From Cupriavidus necator (GTDB taxonomy: Bacteria; Pseudomonadota; Gammaproteobacteria; Burkholderiales; Burkholderiaceae), in contig NZ_CP066019.1 of assembly GCF_016127575.1 (NCBI RefSeq), positions 2,070,001 to 2,102,000 on the forward strand: a DNA stretch of 32,000 nt, given 5' to 3'. Numbering within the stretch: the stretch's first letter is position 1; each line of letters starts with the position of its first letter. Position numbers and translations under genes: made by a program. The notes beneath the pieces were generated by a model. The model did not search any database and was not told the origin of the DNA. It saw only the letters and a program-made list of their open reading frames with translations. Shown here piece after piece: positions 31,620 to 32,000 of the stretch.

Positions 31620-31847
31620 ATGACACTCTGCACTGCCTGCCAGGCCATTGAACGCCACGTGCGCGGCGCCCCCGGGCACGCGGCACTGCGCATCACCGAC
31701 ACCCGACGCATCAAGCCCGCCGGCTCCGCCGCCGTCACCATCAGCAGCTTCGTCTGCCAGGACTGCGGCGCGCTCTGGACCTACCGGGACCAGAAGAGCG
31801 GCCCGGAACAGGGGTGGGACATCCATATGGAAGCGCAGCAGCCATAA
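31620..31847 (+). CDS. Small hypothetical Cys4 zinc-ribbon-like protein (75 aa)
   Basis: MTLCTACQAIERH...SSFVCQDCGALWTYRD has CxxC near the N-terminus and a second CxxC about 40 residues later. The RBS is weak. The ORF-track start at 31548 adds an Arg-rich extension. Confidence 0.5.
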   Translation: MTLCTACQAIERHVRGAPGHAALRITDTRRIKPAGSAAVTISSFVCQDCGALWTYRDQKSGPEQGWDIHMEAQQP

Positions 31848-31871
31848 CGCCTTCCGCGGCGCAAAGAAAAA

Positions 31872-31891
31872 CCCCGGGCCAGGGCCCGGGG
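31872..31891 (-). terminator. Rho-independent terminator of the partial minus-strand gene at the window end
   Basis: Perfect 9-bp arms ccccgggcc ag ggcccgggg. On the minus strand the hairpin is followed by tttttctttg. Confidence 0.7.
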
Positions 31892-31929
31892 TTGCGACAC
31901 CTGCCGGCCCGCCGAGCGGGCCAGTCCGG

Positions 31930-32000
31930 TCAGGCCGTCACGGTCGACAGCGCGGCGTTCAGCGTCTGGCTCGGGCGCATCGCGGCGCTGAGCTTGTCGG
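31930..32000 (-). CDS. 3' end of an unidentified gene (extends beyond the window)
   Basis: The minus-strand frame reads ...DKLSAAMRPSQTLNAALSTVTA*. All degenerate third positions are G or C, and the terminator at 31872-31891 follows. It is too short to assign a product. Confidence 0.45.
   Translation of the reverse strand, partial: DKLSAAMRPSQTLNAALSTVTA

Noticed and set aside
1-32000. Search for CRISPR arrays, tRNA/rRNA genes, IS elements, integrases, phage genes or known defence-system components
   Set aside because: I saw no regularly spaced direct repeats, no cloverleaf-like or rRNA-like sequence, and no transposase, integrase, nuclease, helicase or methylase-like translations. The only dispersed repeats are the two REP palindromes and the paired 69-nt element.

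Overview
High-GC Burkholderiales-type DNA, Cupriavidus/Ralstonia-like judging by Bug-family binding proteins and 'ctctcccgcttgcgggagag' REP palindromes. It is almost fully packed with catabolic and regulatory genes. Left to right: (1) the end of a PaoABC-like molybdenum aldehyde/xanthine oxidoreductase, a GNAT and a LysR regulator. (2) A small secreted repeat protein. (3) A tightly coupled seven-gene CoA-dependent operon: DUF35, thiolase, SDR, crotonase, Bug binding protein, PaaI thioesterase and family III CoA-transferase. (4) A divergent LysR/SDR pair. (5) A stand-alone EF-G paralog with deviant GTPase motifs. (6) A complete aerobic benzoyl-CoA (box) cluster: boxR-boxC-boxB-boxA on the minus strand, and divergently a DUF4863-like gene, boxD, benzoate-CoA ligase and an aromatic-acid MFS transporter. 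(7) Two tandem isochorismatase-family hydrolases with a divergent LysR. (8) A 3.5-kb stretch of small genes: an IF-1 paralog with a TTG start, a CspA-family cold-shock protein, a tandem pair of unknown paralogs and several orphan small ORFs. I found no CRISPR array, tRNA/rRNA, transposase, integrase, phage gene or recognisable defence or toxin-antitoxin system. The least-described items are the small-protein/IF-1/Csp cluster, the bbs-like operon of unknown substrate, a ~70-nt intergenic element present twice, the EFG-II-like GTPase and the DUF4863-like first gene of the boxD operon. The repeated 18-mer operator-like boxes around boxR are the clearest regulatory signal. All family assignments come from reading the translations by eye; no searches were run.
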